Source: Candidatus Dojkabacteria bacterium (GTDB taxonomy: Bacteria; Patescibacteriota; Dojkabacteria; J137). Taken from it: DNA of 64,000 nt. Under the pieces are notes generated by a model, which made no database searches, was not told the origin of the DNA, and worked only from the letters and a program-made list of their open reading frames with translations. Location: the NCBI GenBank assembly GCA_040006935.1, contig JBDTVZ010000002.1:208174-272173 (forward strand). The letters run 5' to 3'. The position numbers and the translations under genes are program-made. Of this stretch, positions 18,642 through 28,446 are shown piece by piece; within the stretch, counting starts at the first letter, position 1; every line of letters begins with the position of its first letter.

Positions 18642-20210
18642 ATGAATAATTTTGAACTATTAAAAGAGAAATTAAACTCTTTAGGAATTTCCCATAAGTT
18701 AATTGAAATCCATAGTGATAAACTGGATGTTGACTCACACGTAGCTGAGTTAGGAATTAAGTATAGGGAAGGTATGTCAACTTTACTTTTTAAATTAAAA
18801 GGTGAATCGTACCTTGCTCTTTTAAGAAGAGACGATAGAAATATAAATTCGAAAGCTTTAAAAAAATACTTAGGTTCGGGCGACTTTACTTTCTGTTCTG
18901 AGGAGGATTTAAGAAAATTAAATATAGAGCCTGGGCTTGCTTCTCCTTTAATTCTGAATGACTCTCAGAAAGGTTACAAAGTAAGGGTTTTAGTAGATAG
19001 TGCTGTCTTAGAGATGTCAAAAGTAATCTGTGGAAGTGCATCCTCTAAACATGCTTTAGAAATTAATAAAGAAGATTTATTAAAAAACATTGGAGAATAC
19101 GAAATAGCAGAAGTAACTGAGCCTAATCCACGAAGACAAGATAATAACTTATTACTTACCGTGCCTGACGACAGACAGGAAACTCAGAACTTAGAACCCG
19201 CAACTCGCAACTCGCTAACTCGTAAACGAATTCTTACAGGTGATAGACCTACAGGACCTCTTCACCTTGGTCACTATTTAGGTTCTATAAAAAATCGAGC
19301 AGAACTGCAGGATGAATACGATCTATTCTATTTGATAGCAGACGTTCAAGCTCTTACAGACAATTACGATAATCCAGAGAAAGTTAGAGATAATATCTAT
19401 CAAGTAGCTCAGGATAATATTGCATGTGGAGTTGATCCAGAAAAAACTACGATCTTAATTCAATCAATGATTCCAGAAATTGCAGAACTGACTGTATATT
19501 TTATGAATTTAGTAACTCATAACGAAATTTTGAGAAATCCTACAGTAAAAACAGAAATTAAAGATAAATCTTTTGGAGATTCTGTTCCGTTTGGTTTTGT
19601 TGCGTATCCAATTAGTCAGGCTGCGGATATTTTATTCTGTAGATCAGATTTAGTTCCAGTCGGAATTGATCAAGCTCCGATGGTTGAATTAGCTAGAGAA
19701 ATTGGAAAAAGATTTAATCGAACTTATAAATCAGAAATTTTTCATAATGTTCAAGCAAAATTTGGAATTGAAAGAAATTTAGTTGGAACTGATGGAGATT
19801 CTAAAATGAGTAAGTCTAAAGGCAATACTATAAATTTAATAGACGACGAAGAAACTGTCAGACAAAAAGTTAAGAAAATGTATACCGATCCAAATAGAGT
19901 TCGACCAACCGATCCAGGAAAAGTTGAAGGTAATCCTGTATTTATTTACCATGATTACTTTAATCCAAACATTGAAGAGGTGAATGATTTAAAAGAAAGA
20001 TATTTAAAAGGACAAGTTGGAGATGTGGAAGTTAAAGAGAAGTTAGCAATTGCAATAAATAAATTTTTAGATCCAATTAGAGAAAGACGAAAGTTGTATC
20101 CAATGGATAAAGTTAAAGAAATTGTAATGGAAGGAACTGAAAAAGCTAGAAAAGAAGCTCAAGAAACTATGAAAATGGTAAAAGAAGCAATGAAAATTAA
20201 TTATTTTTAA
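18642..20210 (+). CDS. trpS: tryptophan--tRNA ligase with N-terminal YbaK/ProX-like deacylase domain
   Basis: C-terminal class-Ic core TGDRPTGPLHLGHYLGS (HIGH-type) and SKMSKSKGNTINL (KMSKS). N-terminal ~160 aa resembles YbaK/tRNA_edit (LGISHKLIEIHSD...KTLLFKLKG...KKYLGSGDFTFCSEED...). A GC-richer low-complexity linker separates them. Confidence 0.8.
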   Translation: MNNFELLKEKLNSLGISHKLIEIHSDKLDVDSHVAELGIKYREGMSTLLFKLKGESYLALLRRDDRNINSKALKKYLGSGDFTFCSEEDLRKLNIEPGLASPLILNDSQKGYKVRVLVDSAVLEMSKVICGSASSKHALEINKEDLLKNIGEYEIAEVTEPNPRRQDNNLLLTVPDDRQETQNLEPATRNSLTRKRILTGDRPTGPLHLGHYLGSIKNRAELQDEYDLFYLIADVQALTDNYDNPEKVRDNIYQVAQDNIACGVDPEKTTILIQSMIPEIAELTVYFMNLVTHNEILRNPTVKTEIKDKSFGDSVPFGFVAYPISQAADILFCRSDLVPVGIDQAPMVELAREIGKRFNRTYKSEIFHNVQAKFGIERNLVGTDGDSKMSKSKGNTINLIDDEETVRQKVKKMYTDPNRVRPTDPGKVEGNPVFIYHDYFNPNIEEVNDLKERYLKGQVGDVEVKEKLAIAINKFLDPIRERRKLYPMDKVKEIVMEGTEKARKEAQETMKMVKEAMKINYF

Positions 20211-20213
20211 AAT

Positions 20214-21011
20214 ATGCATGGACCTTTTGGACAATTTGATGAAGAACTCAACAAACCAATTGAGCAAAGACTTGATAGAATTGCACGAACTATAGTTACT
20301 CCCTCAGATTCTGCATATTTTTCCTGGGAAATGAATTTGAATCTTGCACAATTTAACGCAGCTCAGGTTGTCATATTTGCTTATATGATTTTAAAATCTC
20401 AATCAGTCAAAGCAATTTACGATTATTTATCTGGAGATGATTATACTTCAAGTGCCTTAAACGCATTAAAAGCTGGGCATGCGTCTGACGAAGCTATGAA
20501 ACGAGTTGCTTCCAACTTCGCTCAAACAAGAGATATATTAAAGAAAAATAATAACATTGTAACGGATGAACTAAAAAAGAAGTTTATAAGCCTAACTTCT
20601 CTCAACTTTCTATTTGAATCTATTAATTTAATATATCATTTAACAGGTCATGCAAAACTGGAACGAACTTATACTGTAATGAGAGTGGATGGAGATAATT
20701 TTTTTAATTTTAAGGAAGACAGGATTAATATTAATTCAATTGAAACAGAATTTGAAGATATTATATTTAATGAATTTGCTTTTGAAAATAATAATCAATT
20801 TAATGAAGTTATAGAAAGAATAAGAAAAGCTTCTCTTTATTGCATAAACTCAGGACCAGCATTTTATGATGCAATGGTAAAAAGTAGGAATGAGTTAAAA
20901 GGAGCTACCGGAATGTCTAGGTTATTACAAGATATATATGATCAAATTAACGAAGATTTAAGAGTTGAGTTAGATTACCCAGACTTTAACAAAAGAATGG
21001 ATGGTAAGTAA
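20214..21011 (+). CDS. conserved hypothetical protein
   Basis: 265 aa, starts 4 nt after the trpS stop. No recognisable motif. Confidence 0.4.
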   Translation: MHGPFGQFDEELNKPIEQRLDRIARTIVTPSDSAYFSWEMNLNLAQFNAAQVVIFAYMILKSQSVKAIYDYLSGDDYTSSALNALKAGHASDEAMKRVASNFAQTRDILKKNNNIVTDELKKKFISLTSLNFLFESINLIYHLTGHAKLERTYTVMRVDGDNFFNFKEDRININSIETEFEDIIFNEFAFENNNQFNEVIERIRKASLYCINSGPAFYDAMVKSRNELKGATGMSRLLQDIYDQINEDLRVELDYPDFNKRMDGK

Positions 21012-21101
21012 TTTTCTTAGTATACTCACGAGTAGTTATAATGTTAAAAAGCTAAAAATAACGTTATAACCTTGTAACATTTAAACTTTAAAACGCAATT
21101 T

Positions 21102-22544
21102 ATGTATTCACCAGTTGTTGGCTTGGAGATTCATCTTCAGGTAAAAACAAATTCAAAAATGTTTTGTCGATGTAAATCAAATTACTTTGACGATGCACCT
21201 AATACTAACGTTTGCCCAGTTTGCTTTGGATTGCCAGGTGCTCTACCCGTTCCAAACGAAGTAGCAGTAAACAAAGCCATCTCTTTAGCTTTAGCTTTAG
21301 GTTGCACGATTAATCAAGAAACTAAATTTGATAGAAAAAACTATTTTTATCCAGATTTGCCAAAAGGTTATCAGATTTCTCAGTACGACCAACCAATTGG
21401 CGTAGACGGATTCGTAGAAATTGAAGTTGAAGGAGATGCTAGGAGAATTCGAATTCAAAGAGTTCATTTAGAGGAAGATACAGCAAAATCAATGCATTCA
21501 GAAGGTGACGTAACAATGATTGATTACAATAAATCTGGAGTTCCACTTATTGAAATCGTTACCTTGCCAGATTTTGAAAGTACAGAAGAAGTTATTTTAT
21601 TCGCAAAAAGATTAAGACAAATAGTTAGATACTTGAATGTAAGTGATGCAGAAATGCAAAAAGGTCAAATGCGATTCGAATTAAACATTTCTGTAAAAAC
21701 AGAAAATACTCCAAAAGGTCAACTTCCAGATTACAAAGTTGAAGTAAAAAATATTGGCTCGATTTCTGTTCTAGAAAAAGTTTTAGATTTTGAATTAAAA
21801 AGACAAAGTGAGATTCTAGAAAAAGGAGAACAACCAGTTCAGGAAACAAGAGGTTTGAAAGACATGACTGGCGAAACTCTTTCTCAAAGAATTAAAGAAG
21901 AAGCATCCGATTACAGATATTTTCCAGAGCCAGATATTGCGCCAATTCATATTTCAAACGAAGAAATTGAAAAATTAAAACAAGAAATGCCAGAGCTTCC
22001 AGATGTAAGAAAGAAAAGGTATAAGTCCCTTGGCTTAGAAAATGATCAAGCAGATGTTTTAGTTGAAGATAAATTAAAAGGAGATTGGTTTGATAAATTA
22101 ATAACTCAAACAAACGAAGATAGAGATTTAATAAGAGAATCTGCAAAATGGTTAATCGGAGACATTTCCGGCCATTTAGAAAAAAGGTCTATTGAAGTTA
22201 CTGACTCACCAGTTACACAAGAGGGTGTTTTAGATATTGTTAAATTAATAAAAGAAAATAAAATTTCTGGAACAATTGCAAAAAATATAATTGAACAGAT
22301 TTTTGAAAAAGGTGGAAATGTAAAAGAAATTATTGAATCACAAGGTTTAATTCAGATTTCAGATTCTGGAGAAGTAGAAAAGATTGTAGACAATGTAATT
22401 GCAAATAATCCTAAAATTATTGAGGATATGAAGAAAAATCCAAATGCGATTAAATTTCTTGTTGGACAAGTAATGAAAGAATCTAAAGGTAAAGTAAATC
22501 CAAAAGTTGCAGAAGAAGAGTTGAGAAAGAAGTTAGGAATTTAA
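21102..22544 (+). CDS. gatB: Asp-tRNA(Asn)/Glu-tRNA(Gln) amidotransferase subunit B
   Basis: VVGLEIHLQVKTNSKMFCRCKSNYF...NVCPVCFGLPGALPV is the classic GatB N-terminus. 480 aa with a C-terminal GatB/YqeY domain. Confidence 0.95.
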   Translation: MYSPVVGLEIHLQVKTNSKMFCRCKSNYFDDAPNTNVCPVCFGLPGALPVPNEVAVNKAISLALALGCTINQETKFDRKNYFYPDLPKGYQISQYDQPIGVDGFVEIEVEGDARRIRIQRVHLEEDTAKSMHSEGDVTMIDYNKSGVPLIEIVTLPDFESTEEVILFAKRLRQIVRYLNVSDAEMQKGQMRFELNISVKTENTPKGQLPDYKVEVKNIGSISVLEKVLDFELKRQSEILEKGEQPVQETRGLKDMTGETLSQRIKEEASDYRYFPEPDIAPIHISNEEIEKLKQEMPELPDVRKKRYKSLGLENDQADVLVEDKLKGDWFDKLITQTNEDRDLIRESAKWLIGDISGHLEKRSIEVTDSPVTQEGVLDIVKLIKENKISGTIAKNIIEQIFEKGGNVKEIIESQGLIQISDSGEVEKIVDNVIANNPKIIEDMKKNPNAIKFLVGQVMKESKGKVNPKVAEEELRKKLGI

Positions 22545-22609
22545 GGGCTAGAGTTACGTTTAATTTCAACATTACTCTAGGCTGTGTTACAGCCTATTAA
22601 TTATTAAAT

Positions 22610-23365
22610 ATGAATAAAACAGTTTTAATTACAGGTGCATCATCAGGTTTCGGTAAGGCTACCGCAGAACTGCTAGCGATGAATGGATTTAAATTAATTT
22701 TAATTTCCAGACGAAAAGAAGTTTTAGACTCAATCGCAAAAGATTTAGGTACTTCAGTTCACACTGCTTCTGTTGATGTAACAAATAAAGAACAATGTGA
22801 AAAATTCTTTAAAAATATTCCTATTGAATTTCAAGATATTGATATTTTAATAAATAATGCTGGCCTTGCAGTTGGATTAGATCCAGTTACAGAAGCAAAT
22901 TTAGAAGATTGGGATCTAATGGTAAACACAAACATTAAAGGCTTACTCTATTTCACAAGATCCACTTTAGAAATAATGAAAAAAAGAAACACAGGACTTA
23001 TTATAAACATAGGTTCTGTTGCATCTAATGTTCCTTACAAAGGTGGAAATGTTTATGGTGCAACAAAGGCTTTTGTAAAACAATTTTCTAGAAACTTAAG
23101 GACAGATTTATTTGGAACAGATATTAAAGTTAGTAATATCGAACCCGGCATGGCAGAAACAGAATTTTCTGTGACAAGATTTAAAGGAGATATTGAGAAA
23201 GCTAAGAAAGTATATGAAGGAACAAGATCATTACAAGCCGAAGATATTGCAAATACAATTCTTTGGATTATTAATCAACCTTTGCGTGTAAATATTGATA
23301 ATATAGAAATAATGCCAATCGACCAGACTTTTGGTGGAATGGTTATAAATAGATCTGGTGAATAA
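22610..23365 (+). CDS. SDR-family oxidoreductase (YdfG-like)
   Basis: TGASSGFGKATAELL (TGxxxGxG), NNAG, and YGATKAF (YxxxK). Confidence 0.85.
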   Translation: MNKTVLITGASSGFGKATAELLAMNGFKLILISRRKEVLDSIAKDLGTSVHTASVDVTNKEQCEKFFKNIPIEFQDIDILINNAGLAVGLDPVTEANLEDWDLMVNTNIKGLLYFTRSTLEIMKKRNTGLIINIGSVASNVPYKGGNVYGATKAFVKQFSRNLRTDLFGTDIKVSNIEPGMAETEFSVTRFKGDIEKAKKVYEGTRSLQAEDIANTILWIINQPLRVNIDNIEIMPIDQTFGGMVINRSGE

Positions 23366-23386
23366 GATTATCTTTTATCTAAATTT

Positions 23387-24346
23387 ATGAGCGATGAAGA
23401 AAAAATTAAGAATATGTCACTTGGTAAACTTATAACAAAATCTTCAGCAATATTATTTTTAATAACTCTAATAACAACTGGTGGAGTAAAGGTAGTAAGT
23501 CAACTTTTAAGTCTCTTAAATGCTAATGACGATCCAATACTAAATATTTTTGATCAAGATAGCGATTCATTTATCTCTAGCGATGTCTCAAGAGCCATAT
23601 TAATGTCAAGTCCTAACATAGGAGACCTCCCTTCTTTTTTAGGATATGATGTCCGAGATGACGGACTATTTTTTATAAGATCTAATTCTTTCGAAATTGA
23701 ATTAATTAATACTAGTAGTGGTTCCATTAGGAATCTAGAACTGAGAAACCCCGATTTTGTTTTTTTATCACCAGTTTTCATAACTGAAAATATCATTGGG
23801 TTCTTAGAAAGAAGAAGGGGTTCAATAGATAATGATACTAATATAATTATTTACGACATCAATACTAGTACAAGAATTGATTCAATAAACCTTAGGGACA
23901 CTAGTTTGTGGGAAATGAGTTACTCAAATAATTCTTTTTTTACAATCGGATTTCAAGGAAACCATGAAAATTCTCAAGTATTCGTATCACTTATAGATAA
24001 TTCAGGGAATGAAGTATTTTCCGAGGAAGAAAATTTTAATTACACATTAGAAAACCCTTCTTCTTCACCATCAGGAAATTCACTATCATATCTTAGAGTA
24101 AATAATGGACAAGGTTTACCAGATACAGTTGTTTTAAGGAATCGAGAAGGAGAAGTTATTGGAGAGTTTACAGGAAACCGACAAGATACATTTTTAAGAT
24201 TTGCATTAATAGATGATACTAGTGGAGTTTTATTTGTAAGGGCGATTGACCCCAACAATCCACTTCAAACTAAATATACTTTCTATTTAATCAACTTCAA
24301 CGGAGAAGGTGATGGCATTGTTTCCACTATTGGTGCTTTGCCATAA
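23387..24346 (+). CDS. hypothetical exported beta-rich protein
   Basis: N-terminal anchor LGKLITKSSAILFLITLITTGGV, then Ser/Asn-rich repeats. Confidence 0.4.
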   Translation: MSDEEKIKNMSLGKLITKSSAILFLITLITTGGVKVVSQLLSLLNANDDPILNIFDQDSDSFISSDVSRAILMSSPNIGDLPSFLGYDVRDDGLFFIRSNSFEIELINTSSGSIRNLELRNPDFVFLSPVFITENIIGFLERRRGSIDNDTNIIIYDINTSTRIDSINLRDTSLWEMSYSNNSFFTIGFQGNHENSQVFVSLIDNSGNEVFSEEENFNYTLENPSSSPSGNSLSYLRVNNGQGLPDTVVLRNREGEVIGEFTGNRQDTFLRFALIDDTSGVLFVRAIDPNNPLQTKYTFYLINFNGEGDGIVSTIGALP

Positions 24347-24477
24347 ATATAACTAAATCCAACTTTTCCTCACCCTAGCTCCTTGAGATTGTAGGCAAGG
24401 TTTATAATTATTCGTTAACTTGTACCCCCTTCAAGACTTATATATAAGAGTTTTAGCACTTTACTAACGCTTCGCTA

Positions 24478-24486
24478 TGATATAGT
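24478..24486 (+). promoter_or_regulatory. putative extended -10 promoter element (TGaTATAGT) for DUF4012 gene
   Basis: TG-n-TATAGT lies 25 nt upstream of the ATG at 24511. No clear -35. Confidence 0.3.
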
Positions 24487-24510
24487 ATGAAGAGCAATTT
24501 AACTTTTTGA

Positions 24511-26763
24511 ATGAAAGCAAAAGCAATAAAAATAATAAAAAAAGATGATCTTTCTAACCAGAGAGGAAGGAGTTCTGAAGTGATAGAAGATGATAGTCAA
24601 GAGCCTGTTTCTTTAAGGAATATTCAAAGAGAAGGACGATCCAACATAAGCATGACTCTTCGAACTCAAGGTCCACTTACTCCTAAGCAAAAAAAATGGA
24701 GGAAAATAGGATGGAATGTTCTATTTACAAGTGTGCTTATTGGAGTAATTATTACTGGACTACTGATTTACTTCGTTTTGATTCCAGCCCAGAGAATTTT
24801 AGGATACGTAGATTCTATGCAGACATCTGCAGTGTCTTTGTTAACAGATTTAAATAAAAAAGATATTTCAAATATAGATGCTACATTTAGTAACTTCGAG
24901 AGCAATTTAAATAATATCGATAGTGAACTTTCCAAATACGAGTTTTTACAAAATTGGGATCAGACAAAAGGTTATTATCAGAATTTTCAGAAAGGAAGAA
25001 CGATATTAGCGAAAATCGATAATCTTTCGCAAAAATCTCTCCCTAAATTAAAGAATGTATTACAGGCAACTGGATTTAAAGTAGATGCATCCCAACCAGC
25101 TCCCGATACAAGCGAGTTAAATCCAGACGGAACTAAAAAACCAAGTACACTGAATTTGATCCTGAAAGAACTTCCTTTATATTTAAATCTTTATTCCGAA
25201 ATTGAACCCGATTTGAAAGATATTATGGCAGATGTAAAATCTATAGATCCAGCCTTCGTTCCCAATATCGGTAGCAGTGACTTAAAAGGAAAATTAGAAA
25301 AAATCGATAGCTTTATTGATGATTACCCCACTCTATCCGTTCAGACTCTGAATTTTTTGAAATACCTTCCGGAGTTAATCGGATCTAATAGTGAAAAAAG
25401 GTATTTGTTAGTTCTGCAAAATGAAGTTGAGTTAAGAGCATCCGGTGGAATTATTACAGCTTTTGGAACTGCAACTATCAAAGATGGAGAACTACAAGGC
25501 GGGATTTCACTTCAAGATAGTTGGAATTTACAATTATATTTATGGGGACTTGGAGTTCCAATGCCTCACGATAATATTTATGGACAAGCATATTTAATGA
25601 ATTCAGGTTGCGGGGCAACAGAAGCAAGAGCACAAGATGTTGCTATGTATCCAGACTTGTATGCAAGTATGGATTGGTTTAAGGACTATTATGATATTGC
25701 CAATCAATATAATCCCGATGATTTTCCTAGTTACGATCACATAGTTATTATTAACTTCAAATTTGCTGAAGATTTATTAGGATTAGTTCAGCCCTTGACT
25801 GTAGATCCATTAGGAGAAGTTACTGCAGATAATTTGTTTCAATTTATAAAATCCGAAACTGATGATCCTAAATACCATGGATTTAATAAAGATAGGAAAC
25901 AAATCTTACAAGATATTGCGGATGCAGCTAAGAAAAAATTATTTGATTTACCTTTGGACCAAATGCCAAAGGTTATTAAAACAATTTTAAATTCTTTCCA
26001 AGCTAAGGATATTTCACTTTCTACTAAAAACCCGGATGTTCAAGCATTCTTTGATACCTATGGATTAACCGCTAGGACAGTAAAAGATTATACTGGAGAC
26101 TATTTCCAATTTAACGAGGCTCAAAATTGTGCGCTGAAACTTAATAAGTGGGTTAGAGATAGTGTCTATAATCAAGTCGATATAAATGATAATGGATCGA
26201 TTAATAGGACTACCTGGGTTACATGGACACAACCAAAGATTTACGATGACTCACTTGGAGGACAGTATTCTGATTCATTACAATTTTCATACAGAGCCTG
26301 GGTTAGGTTCTTTATGCCAACTGGTACAACTAATATAGACTCTGATGGTTACTCGAGATCAGGGTATTTATATTACTACCCACAGGAGTATTACGACGAC
26401 ATTATGGATAAGGAAACCAGCGATAATATTGTATGGTTTGACCATAGAAGATTTACAGATGCGGATCCAATTGAAAAGCAACAAATGAATGTGAATTATT
26501 CTTTACCCGATAGTATTAATTTCTTAAATCAGGGGAAATATACATTAATAGTTCAAAAGCACCCTGGGAAATCGTGGGGAGAGGCGAATCAAGTTGTGAT
26601 TAATTATAATGGAATTAAATATTCCGTAGACTTTACACTAGATCGTGACAAAGTATTAACTTTCAAAGACGGTATTATTACTGTTGATAACTACGATAAA
26701 AGACTAGATTGGATTTACAACATCGTAGACAGTATTCCTTGGGATAGTATAAAAAAAACATAA
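24511..26763 (+). CDS. DUF4012-like membrane protein (paralog of 8579..11725 ectodomain)
   Basis: TM at WNVLFTSVLIGVIITGLLIYFVLIP. RYLLVLQNEVELRASGGIITAFGTATIKDGELQGG shares the same core with the other paralog. Confidence 0.6.
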   Translation: MKAKAIKIIKKDDLSNQRGRSSEVIEDDSQEPVSLRNIQREGRSNISMTLRTQGPLTPKQKKWRKIGWNVLFTSVLIGVIITGLLIYFVLIPAQRILGYVDSMQTSAVSLLTDLNKKDISNIDATFSNFESNLNNIDSELSKYEFLQNWDQTKGYYQNFQKGRTILAKIDNLSQKSLPKLKNVLQATGFKVDASQPAPDTSELNPDGTKKPSTLNLILKELPLYLNLYSEIEPDLKDIMADVKSIDPAFVPNIGSSDLKGKLEKIDSFIDDYPTLSVQTLNFLKYLPELIGSNSEKRYLLVLQNEVELRASGGIITAFGTATIKDGELQGGISLQDSWNLQLYLWGLGVPMPHDNIYGQAYLMNSGCGATEARAQDVAMYPDLYASMDWFKDYYDIANQYNPDDFPSYDHIVIINFKFAEDLLGLVQPLTVDPLGEVTADNLFQFIKSETDDPKYHGFNKDRKQILQDIADAAKKKLFDLPLDQMPKVIKTILNSFQAKDISLSTKNPDVQAFFDTYGLTARTVKDYTGDYFQFNEAQNCALKLNKWVRDSVYNQVDINDNGSINRTTWVTWTQPKIYDDSLGGQYSDSLQFSYRAWVRFFMPTGTTNIDSDGYSRSGYLYYYPQEYYDDIMDKETSDNIVWFDHRRFTDADPIEKQQMNVNYSLPDSINFLNQGKYTLIVQKHPGKSWGEANQVVINYNGIKYSVDFTLDRDKVLTFKDGIITVDNYDKRLDWIYNIVDSIPWDSIKKT

Positions 26764-26780
26764 TCTGATATAATCGACTT

Positions 26781-28097
26781 ATGGAAAATACTACTCAAGA
26801 AAAAGAAATACCCTCTATCCTCATTGATACCACTTTCTTATTCGACCAGTATTCAAAAAGAGGTATTGGAAGGTACGGAAGGAATGTTGTAAAAGGAATG
26901 GTTGAACAAATACTCGACGACCAGTCTATGCAGATTAATCTCTTAGGGTTTTCTAATCTTCATCAGAACTTAATTGCGCTTGGGTTTACGCAATTTCAAA
27001 TTGAAGAAATTGAAAATAAGATACAATTCTATACTCTTGGCGAAGCATTCCCATCTTCATTGACCAATGTAATAAGCTGGAGACAAACATTTATTCCTAT
27101 TATCGAAAAAGTAAAACCAAATATTTATTTTGCTACTCACTTCGAAAGAGGATTACCAACTACACAATTTATTAATAGAAACCTTACACACAAACCAAAA
27201 ACTGTTGTAATGGCACATGATGCTATTCCATTAGTATTAAATAAATATTCCCAAAAAGGCTACGTTCATAATCAATTAAAAGGACAGTTCTTTAAATTTA
27301 TGTGGAGCGGAGTTAGGAATGCTGACCTTGTTTTAACTAATTCAAATTTTTCCAAAGGAGATCTTGTTAACTATGGAAAGGTGAATGAAGATAAAATAAA
27401 GGTAATTTACTTAGGAATTGATCAAGATTTTTTTGATGGACGAAAAGTATTTAATAAGGATTTAATTGATGCAACGCTTGAGGCTTATCATTTGAAGGAT
27501 AAAAAATATTTCTTTTATGATAGTGGTTTTGAAGCAAATAAATCCACTGGAGAACTCTTAAATGTTTTTAAAAGCATTTTGGATCTAGGAAATAAAGATT
27601 TACCCGATACTTTAGTTGTAACAGGGCATGACTTTCACAAAGGTATAGGAAATTCTATCCGAGCAATTTCTATTCTTGGAGATATGTTTTTAAAGAATGC
27701 AAAAAAACTAGGCGTTATTGATAATATCGTGGCAACAGACAAAGTTACAGATAATCATCTCGTAGAACTTTTAATGGAAGCTAAAGCTTATATTAATTTG
27801 TCAAGCTATGAGGGTTTTAGTTTTGGCCCTTTACAAGCTATGGCCGCTAGAATTCCTGCAATCGCTGCTAATTCCTCTTGCACTCCAGAGGTAACAGATG
27901 GTGGTGCGTTTTTAATAGATTTAGAAAAATGTAAAGATTTAGAATCTGCAAATGAGGTTGCATTGGAAATTAAAGATCTATTACATAATAAGGCAAGACT
28001 TGCAGCTCATTTGAAAACCGCACAAGAAATAGCTAGAAGATATAAATGGGATGATACTGTAGAAAAGACTTTGAAAGAAATAAAAAAACTAATTTAG
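26781..28097 (+). CDS. glycosyltransferase family 4 (GT1-type retaining GT)
   Basis: LSSYEGFSFGPLQAMAARIPAIAANSS is the EX7E-type motif of GT4 enzymes. Confidence 0.85.
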   Translation: MENTTQEKEIPSILIDTTFLFDQYSKRGIGRYGRNVVKGMVEQILDDQSMQINLLGFSNLHQNLIALGFTQFQIEEIENKIQFYTLGEAFPSSLTNVISWRQTFIPIIEKVKPNIYFATHFERGLPTTQFINRNLTHKPKTVVMAHDAIPLVLNKYSQKGYVHNQLKGQFFKFMWSGVRNADLVLTNSNFSKGDLVNYGKVNEDKIKVIYLGIDQDFFDGRKVFNKDLIDATLEAYHLKDKKYFFYDSGFEANKSTGELLNVFKSILDLGNKDLPDTLVVTGHDFHKGIGNSIRAISILGDMFLKNAKKLGVIDNIVATDKVTDNHLVELLMEAKAYINLSSYEGFSFGPLQAMAARIPAIAANSSCTPEVTDGGAFLIDLEKCKDLESANEVALEIKDLLHNKARLAAHLKTAQEIARRYKWDDTVEKTLKEIKKLI

Positions 28098-28099
28098 TA

Positions 28100-28176
28100 A
28101 TTGTCATGGTGAGGCTCTCGAACCATGACCTTAAATAAAGAAGTCATCCTTCGAGAGCCTCAGGATGACACAATGA
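28100..28176. repeat. GC-rich double-hairpin repeat unit (gtcatggtgaggctctcgaaccatgac ... gtcatccttcgagagcctcaggatgac)
   Basis: Shares gtcatggtgagg and atgacacaatg with the 37845-37877 region. Confidence 0.5.
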
Positions 28177-28430
28177 TAATTAATATGGACCCAGCAGTAA
28201 AACAGTATATTGTTTTCTCTTTTGTAATAAGTCTTATTTTGGGCGTACTTGTGAACTTTATACTTATCGAAGGAGTAAAAGGAACTTTTGCTTATGGTTT
28301 TCCAATCAATCTAAATGCAGTTGAAGGTGTTTTGAATTTTGTGTATAGAGTAATAAACACTCTTATCCTTGGAGCTCTACTTACAGTTCCAGTTTATTTG
28401 GGTTTAAAGTATTTACAGACGAGACAGTAA
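28173..28430 (+). CDS. small membrane protein (start uncertain; ORF opens at 28125 inside a repeat unit)
   Basis: Two TM helices. The upstream 48 nt of the ORF overlaps the repeat 28100-28176. Confidence 0.35.
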   Translation: MIINMDPAVKQYIVFSFVISLILGVLVNFILIEGVKGTFAYGFPINLNAVEGVLNFVYRVINTLILGALLTVPVYLGLKYLQTRQ

Positions 28431-28446
28431 TTTTTAATTCCATCTT

